Source: an uncultured Acidimicrobiia bacterium
GTDB lineage: Bacteria > Actinomycetota > Acidimicrobiia > Acidimicrobiales > AC-14
DNA: 64,000 bases
Assembly (NCBI GenBank): GCA_963829165.1
Contig: CAWHIC010000003.1
Span: forward strand, 22,186 to 86,185
Reading direction: 5' to 3'
In this document: piece after piece, positions 8,770 through 17,166 of the stretch
Layout of the letters: the number at the start of each line of letters is the position of its first letter
Numbering within the stretch: position 1 is the stretch's first letter
Made by a program: the position numbers and the translations under genes
Notes under the pieces: model-generated
The model's input: only the letters and a program-made list of their open reading frames with translations
Told to the model about the DNA's origin: nothing
The model's database searches: none

Positions 8770-9266
8770 TCCGGTCCCGACAAGTCGTCAGGCCGGAAAA
8801 TGTCGTGAGGCTCTTGCTCCAACTCAAGTTCGAATATATGCTGAGCTTCTTCTTCATTGTCGGGCTTTGGCAACTGCGTAATGGAACCATGAGATCTATG
8901 AGAGACAGCCTCGACCCTCGTCGGCTGATCTCCGACGACAGAGGACAAGTATCCCTTCGGCAGCTCCGTGGATTGAAACCCGACATCCAGGAGGAACTCG
9001 CCCCCAACACGCAACGATAAGACCAAGCCACGCTCGGCGAAAACAGTACGACAGTACTGATAAGCCATGAACCCAAGAAGCCCTAGTACTGCGCCGATCG
9101 TTCCAGCAGCCCAGGCCAGGCCGATATTCCACGCAAGACCCGTCGCCGCCGGGACCACAGCCCCAGATAGAAGGAGAAGGGCCGGATAGATGTGTCGCGG
9201 AGCCTTCCGATGACCGCAGTTGTCGTTGCCCAACCGCTCTTGACGGTGAGCGACTCGGCCGTCCAC
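8766..9266 (-). CDS. Small two-TM membrane protein
   Basis: Part of ORF 8766..9542. Start placed at GTG 9266, six nt after a -10-like hexamer. TM segments YPALLLLSGAVVPAATGLAW and AAGTIGAVLGLLGFMAY; acidic C-terminus. The high-GC 5' extension of the ORF looks non-coding. Confidence 0.45.
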   Translation of the reverse strand: MDGRVAHRQERLGNDNCGHRKAPRHIYPALLLLSGAVVPAATGLAWNIGLAWAAGTIGAVLGLLGFMAYQYCRTVFAERGLVLSLRVGGEFLLDVGFQSTELPKGYLSSVVGDQPTRVEAVSHRSHGSITQLPKPDNEEEAQHIFELELEQEPHDIFRPDDLSGPD

Positions 9267-9272
9267 AGCGTG

Positions 9273-9301
9273 ATCATTGTCCTGCTCCCGGACCTTGTCA
9301 A
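9273..9301 (-). promoter_or_regulatory. Sigma70-like promoter candidate for the DnaA-containing operon
   Basis: The minus strand reads TTGACA (9301-9296), a 17-nt spacer, then AATGAT (9278-9273). GTG 9266 lies 6 nt downstream, which would fit a leaderless transcript. Confidence 0.3.
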
Positions 9302-9399
9302 GCGGTTCTCTAGGACTTATCTCGTTCTTGTCCCACCCTGGCCTGCGCAGGGAACGCAGAGACCTACGGTGGGGTCTGCTGCGTTGAGCTGCCAGTCCC

Positions 9400-10956
9400 G
9401 GCGAGGTCCGGGGCCCGAGTGAAGAGCATGGCCCGTCGCCACCCTCGCCAGTCCCCGCCCTTTGCCCCGCCGCCGAGCGCGCCTCCACTGAGGTGTGAAT
9501 CAACCCGGAGGCTGCCGCGAGGACGCGCCGGAACAACCCCAAATCGGGGCGGAGCCCCGAGACGGCGTCCAGTCAGGCGGCGGAGGGTTCGAGGGTGACC
9601 TTGTGGCCCATGGCCTCGAGTTGGGCCACGAGGCGCCTCTGGTGGGCAGTGCTGGTGCGGCGCTTGTCGAAGTAGTCGCCGCCGAGCTCGTCGTAGGGCT
9701 CGCCGGTTGAGAGCAGGTGCCAGGCGATGACGAGGATGGAGTGTCCCACCGCCACCGCCGCCCGCCCCGGTCCTCGCCGGCCACGGATGCGGGCGTAGTG
9801 GGCGGACAGGTAGGTGTTCTTGGAACGTCCCGCCGCCTGCGCTGCCTCGACGAGGGCGATCCGCAGCCATTTGGACCCGTAGCGGCTGCGGCCCGAGCGG
9901 TGCTTGCCGGCGGACTCGTTGTTGCCGGGGCACATGCCCGCCCACGACGCCAGGTGACCTGCGGTCGGGAAGCGGGACATGTCGGTGCCGATCTCGGCCA
10001 GGATCACCTGGGCGCTGCGATAGCTCACCCCGGGGATGCCGACGAGGAGCGTCACCGCCGCTTCATGAGGGTCCTGCAGCTTCTCGATCTGCTTGGTGAG
10101 CTCGTCGATGGTGGCGTCGGCCTGGTCGATGCGGGCCAGCATCGCCCGGCACAGCAGGGCATGGTGGCGGTTGAACCGTCCCGCTAGGGCGTCTTTGAGG
10201 TCGGGGATCTTGGAGCGCATCCGGCCCTTGGCCATCTCCGCCAGCACGTCGGGATCGCGCTGGCCGGCCACGAGGGCGTCGATCATCTCCCGGCCCGACT
10301 TGGTCAGCACCGACGACGCCACCGACGACAGCTTCACCCCGGCGTCCTCCAGCACCTTGTGCAGGCGCTGCGTCTCCCGGCCTCGCTCCTCGATCACCGA
10401 CTTGCGGTAGCGGGTCAGGTCACGTTGCTCCCGGGTGGGGCGGGGCGGGATGAAGGAGGGCCGCACCAGACCGTGCTCGATCAGCTGCGCTCCCCAGCAG
10501 GCGTCGGCCACGTCGGTCTTGCGCCCGGGCACGTTGCGCATGTGGCGGGCGTTGATGACCCACACGTCGTCGATGGCCTCTTCCAGAATCCAGTGCACCG
10601 GCTTCCAGTAGACGCCGGTGGCCTCCATGCCGACGAGTGTCACCCCTCGCACGACCAGCCAGTCCGACAGGACAAGGAGCTGCGAAGTCGTGGTTCCGAA
10701 CTGGGCGACCTCCTCTCGGCGGCCACCATCAGCATCGGGTGTTCGGGCACAAGCCATCACCGTGTCCCGATGCACGTCCAAGAACGCGCAGCGCTCGACC
10801 ACCACCTGCATGTCATCCCCCTTCCGCTCGGTCACCAACGACGTGCTGGCCGGATTGGGGGCCTCGTCATGAAGAGTCTGAGGTGCGTGCTCGAGGCAAC
10901 AGGACGGAGCGCCCGAGACCCCCGCGTCAAGCTAACAACGGGCTCCGAGCGCCATA
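9400..10956 (-). mobile_element. IS110-family insertion sequence (ends approximate)
   Basis: Single DEDD-type transposase gene plus flanking non-coding DNA. No terminal IRs are expected for this family. The right limit is set by the IS21 target duplication at 10957; the left limit is a guess. Confidence 0.5.
9573..10811 (-). CDS. IS110 family transposase
   Basis: MQVVVERCAFLDVHRDTV.. is a typical IS110 N-terminus (ATG 10811 with AAGGGGGA SD). The C-terminal transposase domain has GIPGVSYRSAQVILAEIG. Confidence 0.9.
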   Translation of the reverse strand: MQVVVERCAFLDVHRDTVMACARTPDADGGRREEVAQFGTTTSQLLVLSDWLVVRGVTLVGMEATGVYWKPVHWILEEAIDDVWVINARHMRNVPGRKTDVADACWGAQLIEHGLVRPSFIPPRPTREQRDLTRYRKSVIEERGRETQRLHKVLEDAGVKLSSVASSVLTKSGREMIDALVAGQRDPDVLAEMAKGRMRSKIPDLKDALAGRFNRHHALLCRAMLARIDQADATIDELTKQIEKLQDPHEAAVTLLVGIPGVSYRSAQVILAEIGTDMSRFPTAGHLASWAGMCPGNNESAGKHRSGRSRYGSKWLRIALVEAAQAAGRSKNTYLSAHYARIRGRRGPGRAAVAVGHSILVIAWHLLSTGEPYDELGGDYFDKRRTSTAHQRRLVAQLEAMGHKVTLEPSAA

Positions 10957-11063
10957 GTCGAGTGTCAAGGGCCAACAGGACCTGAACGGTGGCGGCCACG
11001 AGAACCGCGCGGTGACGGTCACGAGAACTGCGCGGCCACGGCCACCAGATCTGAACGGGGTCA

Positions 11064-11837
11064 TCAGGCCAGGGGCGACACCCCCTTGCCCGAGAGGGCC
11101 TGGGCCAGGCGCACGCTGTCGCCCTGGGTGGCGCAGAGATGGGCGTGGTGCAGGAGGCGATCGACGGTAGCGCCGGCCAGGGTCTTGGGCATGATCTCGT
11201 CGAAGCCGGACGGGTGCAGGTTGGAGCTCACGGCCACGCTTCGCTTCTCGTAGGCGGCGTCGACGAGGCGGTAGAGGCCCTCGGCCGCGTCGTGGGCCAC
11301 CGGCAACAGCCCGATGTCGTCGACCACGATCAGATCCGCCCGCAGGATGCGGGCGATGGCCCGGGTGACGGAGTCGTCGGCCCGGTGGCGGCGGACCAGC
11401 ACCCCGAGCGACTCCAGGCTGAACCACGCCACCCGGCGCCCGGCTTCGACGGCGGCGTGGCCGAGAGCCTCGAGGAACATCGTCTTGCCCGTCCCCGACG
11501 GGCCGCACACGACCAGGTTCTCGTGGCGGTGGATCCACTCCAGGCTGCGCAGGGCGGACTGGGTGGGGGCGGGGATCGAACTCAACGACGGCTCCCAGGC
11601 GTCGAAGGTCTTGCCCGCGGGGAAGCCGGCCGCGGCCAGGCGGGTGGCGGCCGAGGAGCGGTCCCGGCCGGCCACCTCCTCCACCAGCAGCACCCGCAGC
11701 ACCTCGGCCGGCTCCCACCGCTGGGCCCGGGCCGTGGCCAGCACCTCCGGCGCCATCTTGCGGATGTAGGGCAGGCGCATCCGTCGCAGCAGGGCCTCCA
11801 GCTCGGGCTCCAGCGGCGGCGGCTCGGGCGCTCTCAC
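11064..11837 (-). CDS. istB: IS21 helper ATPase IstB
   Basis: Walker A VVCGPSGTGKT, Walker B LIVVDDIG, and the typical IstB N-terminal helix LEALLRRMRLPYI. GTG 11837 overlaps the stop of the upstream small ORF (GTGA). The longer 369-aa track ORF has an Arg/Pro-rich junk extension. Confidence 0.9.
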   Translation of the reverse strand: MRAPEPPPLEPELEALLRRMRLPYIRKMAPEVLATARAQRWEPAEVLRVLLVEEVAGRDRSSAATRLAAAGFPAGKTFDAWEPSLSSIPAPTQSALRSLEWIHRHENLVVCGPSGTGKTMFLEALGHAAVEAGRRVAWFSLESLGVLVRRHRADDSVTRAIARILRADLIVVDDIGLLPVAHDAAEGLYRLVDAAYEKRSVAVSSNLHPSGFDEIMPKTLAGATVDRLLHHAHLCATQGDSVRLAQALSGKGVSPLA

Positions 11838-12064
11838 CGGTGCCCGCCCTCGGCCCGGCGCCGGAGCTCGGACCCGTAGCGGCCCAGGGTGTCGACGACG
11901 GCCAGCACCGATCCCCGGTGGTTGTCCTCGACGAAGTCGACCAGCTCGGCCATCACCTCGTCGCCGGCGTGGCGCAGCCAGTCCTCGAGCTGGCCCAGCA
12001 GCCAGTGCAGCTCCTCGACCTCGTCGGGGGCGAGGGTCACGGGGTGGGACGCGTCGAGGTTCAT
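11834..12064 (-). CDS. 76-aa acidic ORF between istA and istB, translationally coupled to both
   Basis: ATGA overlap with the istA stop (12061-12064) and GTGA overlap with the istB start (11834-11837). The composition is protein-like and helical (DEVEELHWLLGQLEDWLRHAGDEVMAELVDFVED). Confidence 0.5.
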   Translation of the reverse strand: MNLDASHPVTLAPDEVEELHWLLGQLEDWLRHAGDEVMAELVDFVEDNHRGSVLAVVDTLGRYGSELRRRAEGGHR

Positions 12065-13542
12065 CGCCCGAACCCCTCCCAGGCGCCGGTGCCGGACTGG
12101 AGTGTGTGGTCCTCGCTGGCCTGGCGCGCCTCGCCTGAGCTGGCCCGATGAGCGAGGATCGACGCCACGTCACCCTCGGCGAAGCGGCCGTAGACGGCGG
12201 CGTGGCCGAGGGCCCAGTTGACGGCCTCGGCCCCCGACAGTCGGGCCAGGGCCACGGCGTCGGCCATCTTGGCCCGCACCCGGCTCGCGCCCGCGGCGGC
12301 CGCTTCCTTGAGCCACAACGCCGCCCCCTCGCCGATGGCCAGGAACTCGGCCTCGGCCGGGTTGGTCGGCACCGGGGTGCGGTTGAGCGGCCCCTCCGGC
12401 GCGGGCGGGAAGTGGGCCGGGTCGATGCGGGGGTTGCCCGGCGTCGTCCGCTGGTGGCGGGCGACCTCGGCTGGGCCGTCGGCGCCGATGTGGGTGATGA
12501 CTACCTCGTCGCCGTGGTAGCGGACCCACACGGTCTCACCGCCGAGGCGATGGGGCGCCGAGTACTGGCACCAGTCCAGCGCCACCATGGGCTGAGGGCA
12601 GCCGACGACCCGGGTCTCGCCGAAGGCGGCGGTGAAGGGCCGCTCGGGCAGGCGATGCAGTCGCCGCGTTTCCTCGACCAGCATCTCGGCCGGGGCTCGC
12701 CGGGTGACCCGGTGGCTCCGGGCGTTGATCTCGTTGCAGAACGCCGAACATGCCGCCTCCAGCGCGGCCCAGTCGGCGTCGTCGGCCAGCAGGTTGGCGT
12801 CGGTGGGAACGAGGTCGGCCTTGGCCACGCGCACCGTCGCCTCCGAGCCGCCCTTGGACGGGGCGTCCGCCGGCAGGCACGTCACCACCGTCAGCCCGTA
12901 GTGGCTGGCGGCGGCCACCATGTTCGGGTTGCGGATGGCGATGCGGGCGACGTGGTCGACGGTGACCGTCTTCTCGTTGTCCGTCAGGCCATAGGTGGGA
13001 CAACCACCGAACCGGCGCAGCGTGGTGTCGATGCAGGCCAGTACCGTGGGCAGGGTCTTGTCCTGGATCGGGATCACCACCCGGAACCGGCTCCATGACA
13101 GCCAGGCGCAGAACAGCCAGGTGGCGGCCCCGTCGATCACGGGCCCGGCGCCGAAGTCCCACTGGAACCAGAGGCCGGGCTCGGGCACCCACGGGCGGTG
13201 CACCCGGCGGTGACCGGCGGCCCACGCTGTGCGGGCCAGAGCCACCGCACGACGGGTGGTCCGCTCCGAGCCCTCGTAGCCCAGCGCCACGAGCTTGTCG
13301 TGGGCGACGTCGGCACGGATCTTGCCGTTGCTGGACTGCATCCACTCCTCCACCTTGGGGAGGAACTCGTCGATCAGCTGGGGCCGGCGGACGGACGTGG
13401 CCGTCAGCTCGCCGGCGTCGCGCCGGGCGACCCAGTGGGCCACGGTGTTGGGCGAGCAGCGGGCCAGCTCGCCGGCGTCTCGATAGGAGTTGGTCAGGTC
13501 GAAGGCTTCGAGTATCTGCATGATTTCCTCGCGATGCTTCAC
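12061..13542 (-). CDS. istA: IS21 transposase IstA
   Basis: 493 aa. N-terminal HTH (SYRDAGELARCSPNTVAHWV) and a DDE integrase core (WQWDFG..DNEKT). Confidence 0.9.
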   Translation of the reverse strand: MKHREEIMQILEAFDLTNSYRDAGELARCSPNTVAHWVARRDAGELTATSVRRPQLIDEFLPKVEEWMQSSNGKIRADVAHDKLVALGYEGSERTTRRAVALARTAWAAGHRRVHRPWVPEPGLWFQWDFGAGPVIDGAATWLFCAWLSWSRFRVVIPIQDKTLPTVLACIDTTLRRFGGCPTYGLTDNEKTVTVDHVARIAIRNPNMVAAASHYGLTVVTCLPADAPSKGGSEATVRVAKADLVPTDANLLADDADWAALEAACSAFCNEINARSHRVTRRAPAEMLVEETRRLHRLPERPFTAAFGETRVVGCPQPMVALDWCQYSAPHRLGGETVWVRYHGDEVVITHIGADGPAEVARHQRTTPGNPRIDPAHFPPAPEGPLNRTPVPTNPAEAEFLAIGEGAALWLKEAAAAGASRVRAKMADAVALARLSGAEAVNWALGHAAVYGRFAEGDVASILAHRASSGEARQASEDHTLQSGTGAWEGFGR

Positions 13543-14470
13543 GTGCTCCTCCTGGGTGCCGAGGGTGCTTGAGCACGCCCAAAGACACTCGGGAGGAGCG
13601 CCCGGAGGGTGGATACCTCCGGTGACGATCAGGGAGCGATGCAGATCTGGTGGCCGTCGCCGCGCGGTTCTCGTGTCCGCCAGCGATCAGCTTCGTGACC
13701 GTCTACGCGCAGGTTCTCATGGCCGCCGACAGTCGAGCGACGTCTGCCCGGGCCGACACGCACGATTCTCATCCGCCGAGGGCGGCTCCGCCAGGGGCCA
13801 TGGCAGCTAACACCCACTCCGTCGCCCACGCGTGCAGCACCGGCCTGGACATCACCGCCGTCGCCCCGTCGCTGTGGGGACCGCAGGCAATTGGCGGGTG
13901 TCGTCGGTGGCGGTGCGACCAGGGTCGACCGACAATCCCGACGCCACCCGCAGGTTGTGGTACCGCCACGCCACCCGCCAGCCGGATTACGACGCCGCCA
14001 AATCGACCACTGCTGGACCTGCGACGTCGGACGGGCTTCGGACTGCCGGCCTAGGCCACGCCCGACCGCGGACGTTGACTTGCAATGGGCCGGTGCCAGT
14101 CTCCCCCCGTTGCCCAGTAGTGATCGAGGGTCTGCACGGACCAAAGTTCATCTAGAAACCGTTGCTGGCGCGCCGCGCTCTCCGACACATGTGTGCACCG
14201 TGCACCGATTCGGCGATCTGCTCGACCAGCAAGGCACAGAAGAGTGCCCCAGAACGCGCGTCAACGCGATCTGGCGTGGGTAGCACCAAAGCCGGGTAGG
14301 TGGGACACGAGCTTCGCCCCCCCCCAGGGAGGACGATGTCTGGGCGACGGCCCCCAGGAGTCGTCTGACGAAACATGAGAACAAGCGACCGAGCCGGTCG
14401 GCTGGCCGGAACGGGATGCTGCTTTCGCTCGGCCTGTGTGGCCTGGGAAATCCAACCCGGATGATCTCCA

Positions 14471-14514
14471 TCAAAACGAGGCCGATTCACCAGGACGGCT
14501 CAGCCTCGTTTTGA
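14471..14514. repeat. Perfect 12-bp inverted repeat (hairpin) at the truncated end of the TIR-STAND gene
   Basis: TCAAAACGAGGC (14471-14482) and GCCTCGTTTTGA (14503-14514), separated by 20 nt. It overlaps the stop codon. Confidence 0.85.
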
Positions 14515-16898
14515 TGCTGTTTAGGTTGGCCCGAGCAGTCAGCGTGTCTGGGTGCTCGTCCCCAAGTAGCCGCTCGTGGTCAGCCACGACCTGCTCGCCA
14601 AGCGCGATTGCCTCTGCCGATCGTCCAGCAGACCCGTAGAAGCGGGTCAGGTTGGCCCGCGCAGCAAGCGTGTCCGGATGATCGCTCCCGAGGAGCCGCC
14701 AGTTGTCGGTTACGACACTGCTCACCCGCGGCAATGGCTTCCGTCGTGAGCCCGGCGAAATCGTAGGACAAGGCGAGGCTCGCTCTGCTGCTTAGGGTGT
14801 CATGGTGCTCTCGCCCAAGTACTCGCTCGCGGGCAGCAAGGACAGCCTCGTCGATCGGAATAGCTTCGACAGCTCGACCGCTTAATCGAAGCGATACGGC
14901 GACGTCAGCGCGAGCCCGCAGGGTATCCGGGTGCTCTGGGCCGAGGATGCGCTCGCGTTCAGCCAAGACCTCAGCGCCGATGGCAAGGGCCTCCGCCAGT
15001 CGTCCGGCGGACCAGTAGGAAACGGCCAAGTTGGCGCGCGCTGTCAGCGTGTCGGGGTGCTCGGGACCGAGGAGGTTCTCTCGGTCGGCCAGCACCTCCT
15101 CTTTCATTGCGATGGCCTCTGATGTCCGACGAGCCGACTGGAAGGATGCGGCCAGGTTGGCACGCGCTGTCAGCGTGTCGGGGTGCTCGGGACCGAGATG
15201 GATGGTGGCGAGGTCCAGCGCCAAGGTCCCGACGTCGATTGCTTGCGCGAAAGCGCCCCGACTTCGGCTGAAGCTGGTGAGGTCGTTGAGGACCCACCAC
15301 ATGTCACGAGCGTGTTCGGGGAAAGCGGCATTGGCAGTTGCGAGCGCCGCAAGAACGTGCGGGATCAGCGCACTGAGGACCGGCCAATGAGGGACGTTCC
15401 TTGGTTCGCCGTCGGCCTGTGCCCGAAGCAGGGAGATGGCGCAGCCGGCCGCCCCCGAGGCAGCCTCCCGGCGGGCGGCAGCCTGAACCACACGATGGAC
15501 GCTGATGGTGTCGGCGCCAGTGAGCTCTACCAGCGAGTAGCCGTGCAGAGCTACCAGGGCATCGTCAAGTTCGACAGGGGTGGCGTGTAAGTACGGATCG
15601 CCCGCCTCGGCCCTGGCGCGCAGCCAAGCGCAGGGCAGCCCGTCAGAACCTAGGAACCCGAGCACAGCCAGCAAGCGCCGCGCGCAAGGGGCCTCGGAGG
15701 TGGCCGCGTCAACCGATACCCGCCACGCCGTCGCGGCCGTGTGCTCGTAGCCGAGCGGCCGAGTTCCCTCTGGAAACGGCTCGGCAGCTGCATCGTCGAA
15801 GAGCCGTGTGTATTGGCCGAATCGCCGGTTGGGTGCCCGTTCGACCCACGCGGCGGCCTGTTCGAGCGCCAGTGGCAACCCACCGAGGCGATCGAGAACC
15901 GCTCGGAGATCCTCGTCAGCGGCGAGCGGATTGAGCGGGCGTACACGATCCCGCAGGAACGCATCGGCAACATCGTTGGGGAAGGCATCGACAGCGAGGA
16001 CGCTCCCGATATGGTTCATGTTGCGGTTCCGGGACGTGATTAGGGTGATACCACCGCCGCGGCGAGGATGCCACGGCTCGACAGAAGCCTCGTCGGAAGC
16101 GTTATCGAACACCAGCAGCCACGTCCGGTCCGTCGCCTCTAGCCATTCCCGTACGGCATTCGCCGTCACCGACGGGTCGTCATCGGTGATCAGGCCGACT
16201 CGCGGTGCCAGCTCCGCAAGGTCCGCCACAAGCACTCCCGGCCGCTCCGCCCGTACCCACCACACCACGTCGAGTCGGTGGCGATGAGCATTAGCCAGCG
16301 CGACGGCGGCGGTCGTCTTTCCGACGCCGCCCATACCTTGGATCGTTTGCGTCAGGACAGCCCGACGATCGCCCAGGATGGCCGCTCCCAAGCGCTCGAG
16401 GAGCATCTCGCGGCCTCTGAAAACCAGGGGTAGAGCGGGGACTCGACTACACCAGACTTGGGTCCCCTTTACCGCTGCGATGGCTACTGGGTTGCGAACG
16501 ACCTCGGCTATAGCCTCGGCTACAAGCGCGGTCTCGCTCTCATCGATGTAGTCGATCGCGTGCAATGAGTGTGTTCCGTAAGGCAGGTCGACGCCGGCCT
16601 GCAATCGAACCGGAACGAGGCGAGCACCCTCACGCCGGACCTGGCGGAGAGCGATGATCAACTCGTCATTCTCGTATCCAGCATCAAGGGTGCTCGAAGA
16701 CACCAGGACAACGACAACCGCTGCGGATCGGAGATGTACGGGAAGCAGGCGGTGCCAGTTGTCTCCTGGCCGCAGCACCGCGTGGTCGAAGAAGACCGAT
16801 AACTCCCGACCGACGAGCGCCTGGTACAGGGCACGCGCCCTTTGGCGGTCCGGGGACGCGTACGCGAGAAACACGTCCCACCGCCCAGGTTGGCTCAC
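14471..16898 (-). pseudogene. TIR - NB-ARC (STAND NTPase) - TPR protein, frameshifted near 14717 and apparently truncated at the 3' end
   Basis: TIR: WDVFLAYASPDRQRA..VFFDHAVLRPGDNW..VVVLVSSSTLDAGYENDEL. P-loop GMGGVGKTTAAVALA and LLVFDNA. At least 6 TPR units (LGPEHPDTLTARANLA..). The repeat series continues in ORF 14471..14734 after a 1-nt shift (GEQ|VVTDNWRLLGSDHPDTL). The last unit breaks off at ARANLNSIKT. Confidence 0.8.
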
Positions 16899-17166
16899 GC
16901 GCGAACGCTACGCGAACCGACAGGGCTGCAGCTGTGCCCATGACGCGGAGTGCTTCGTCCGCAGACGGATCCCCTCTCTCTCGGAACAGGCACACCTGGT
17001 AACCGGTGGACTGATGTGTGGGCGACGATCCCGAGGTTTCATTCGTCAAGCGTCATGCCCGCGCTCGGTATCGGCGCCTGCCACCGTGCGGCAAGGGGCG
17101 TATCACCGGGGATCGCACCTGAAGGAGCGGCTCGCTAGCGCCGAATTCCTTCGACCGGCATCTTTC

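Larger units (their letters stand above)
10963..13731 (-). mobile_element. IS21-family insertion sequence, apparently intact, with 6-bp target-site duplication
   Basis: Termini are TGTC..GACA. GTCGAG flanks both ends directly (10957-10962 and 13732-13737). Subterminal repeats GGCGGCCA[CT]GAGAAC / CACGAGAAC[CT]GCGCGG occur in inverted orientation at both ends, plus a perfect 12-bp inner IR CCACCAGATCTG (11042-11053 / 13642-13653). Confidence 0.8.

Noticed and set aside
9267-9542. 5' part of ORF 8766..9542 (258 aa)
   Set aside because: G+C jumps to the host-like level and the peptide (RSAAGQRAGTGEGGDGPCSS..) is not protein-like. A promoter-like TTGACA-N17-AATGAT lies inside it, so I start the gene at GTG 9266.
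11838-12173. N-terminal extension making IstB 369 aa
   Set aside because: The extension is Arg/Pro/Gly junk read out of frame over the 76-aa ORF and the istA 3' end. The IstB-like sequence begins at GTG 11837.
13738-13758. Alternative IS21 right end at ..GGCCGACA (13758)
   Set aside because: It shows some similarity to the left terminus but no matching target duplication. The end at 13731 gives TG..CA termini flanked by identical GTCGAG hexamers.
13629-14490. Short ORFs in the gap between IS21 and the TIR-STAND gene
   Set aside because: All are under 175 aa, overlapping, Arg/Pro/Gly-rich and without recognisable domains. Part of this stretch is the IS21 right end.
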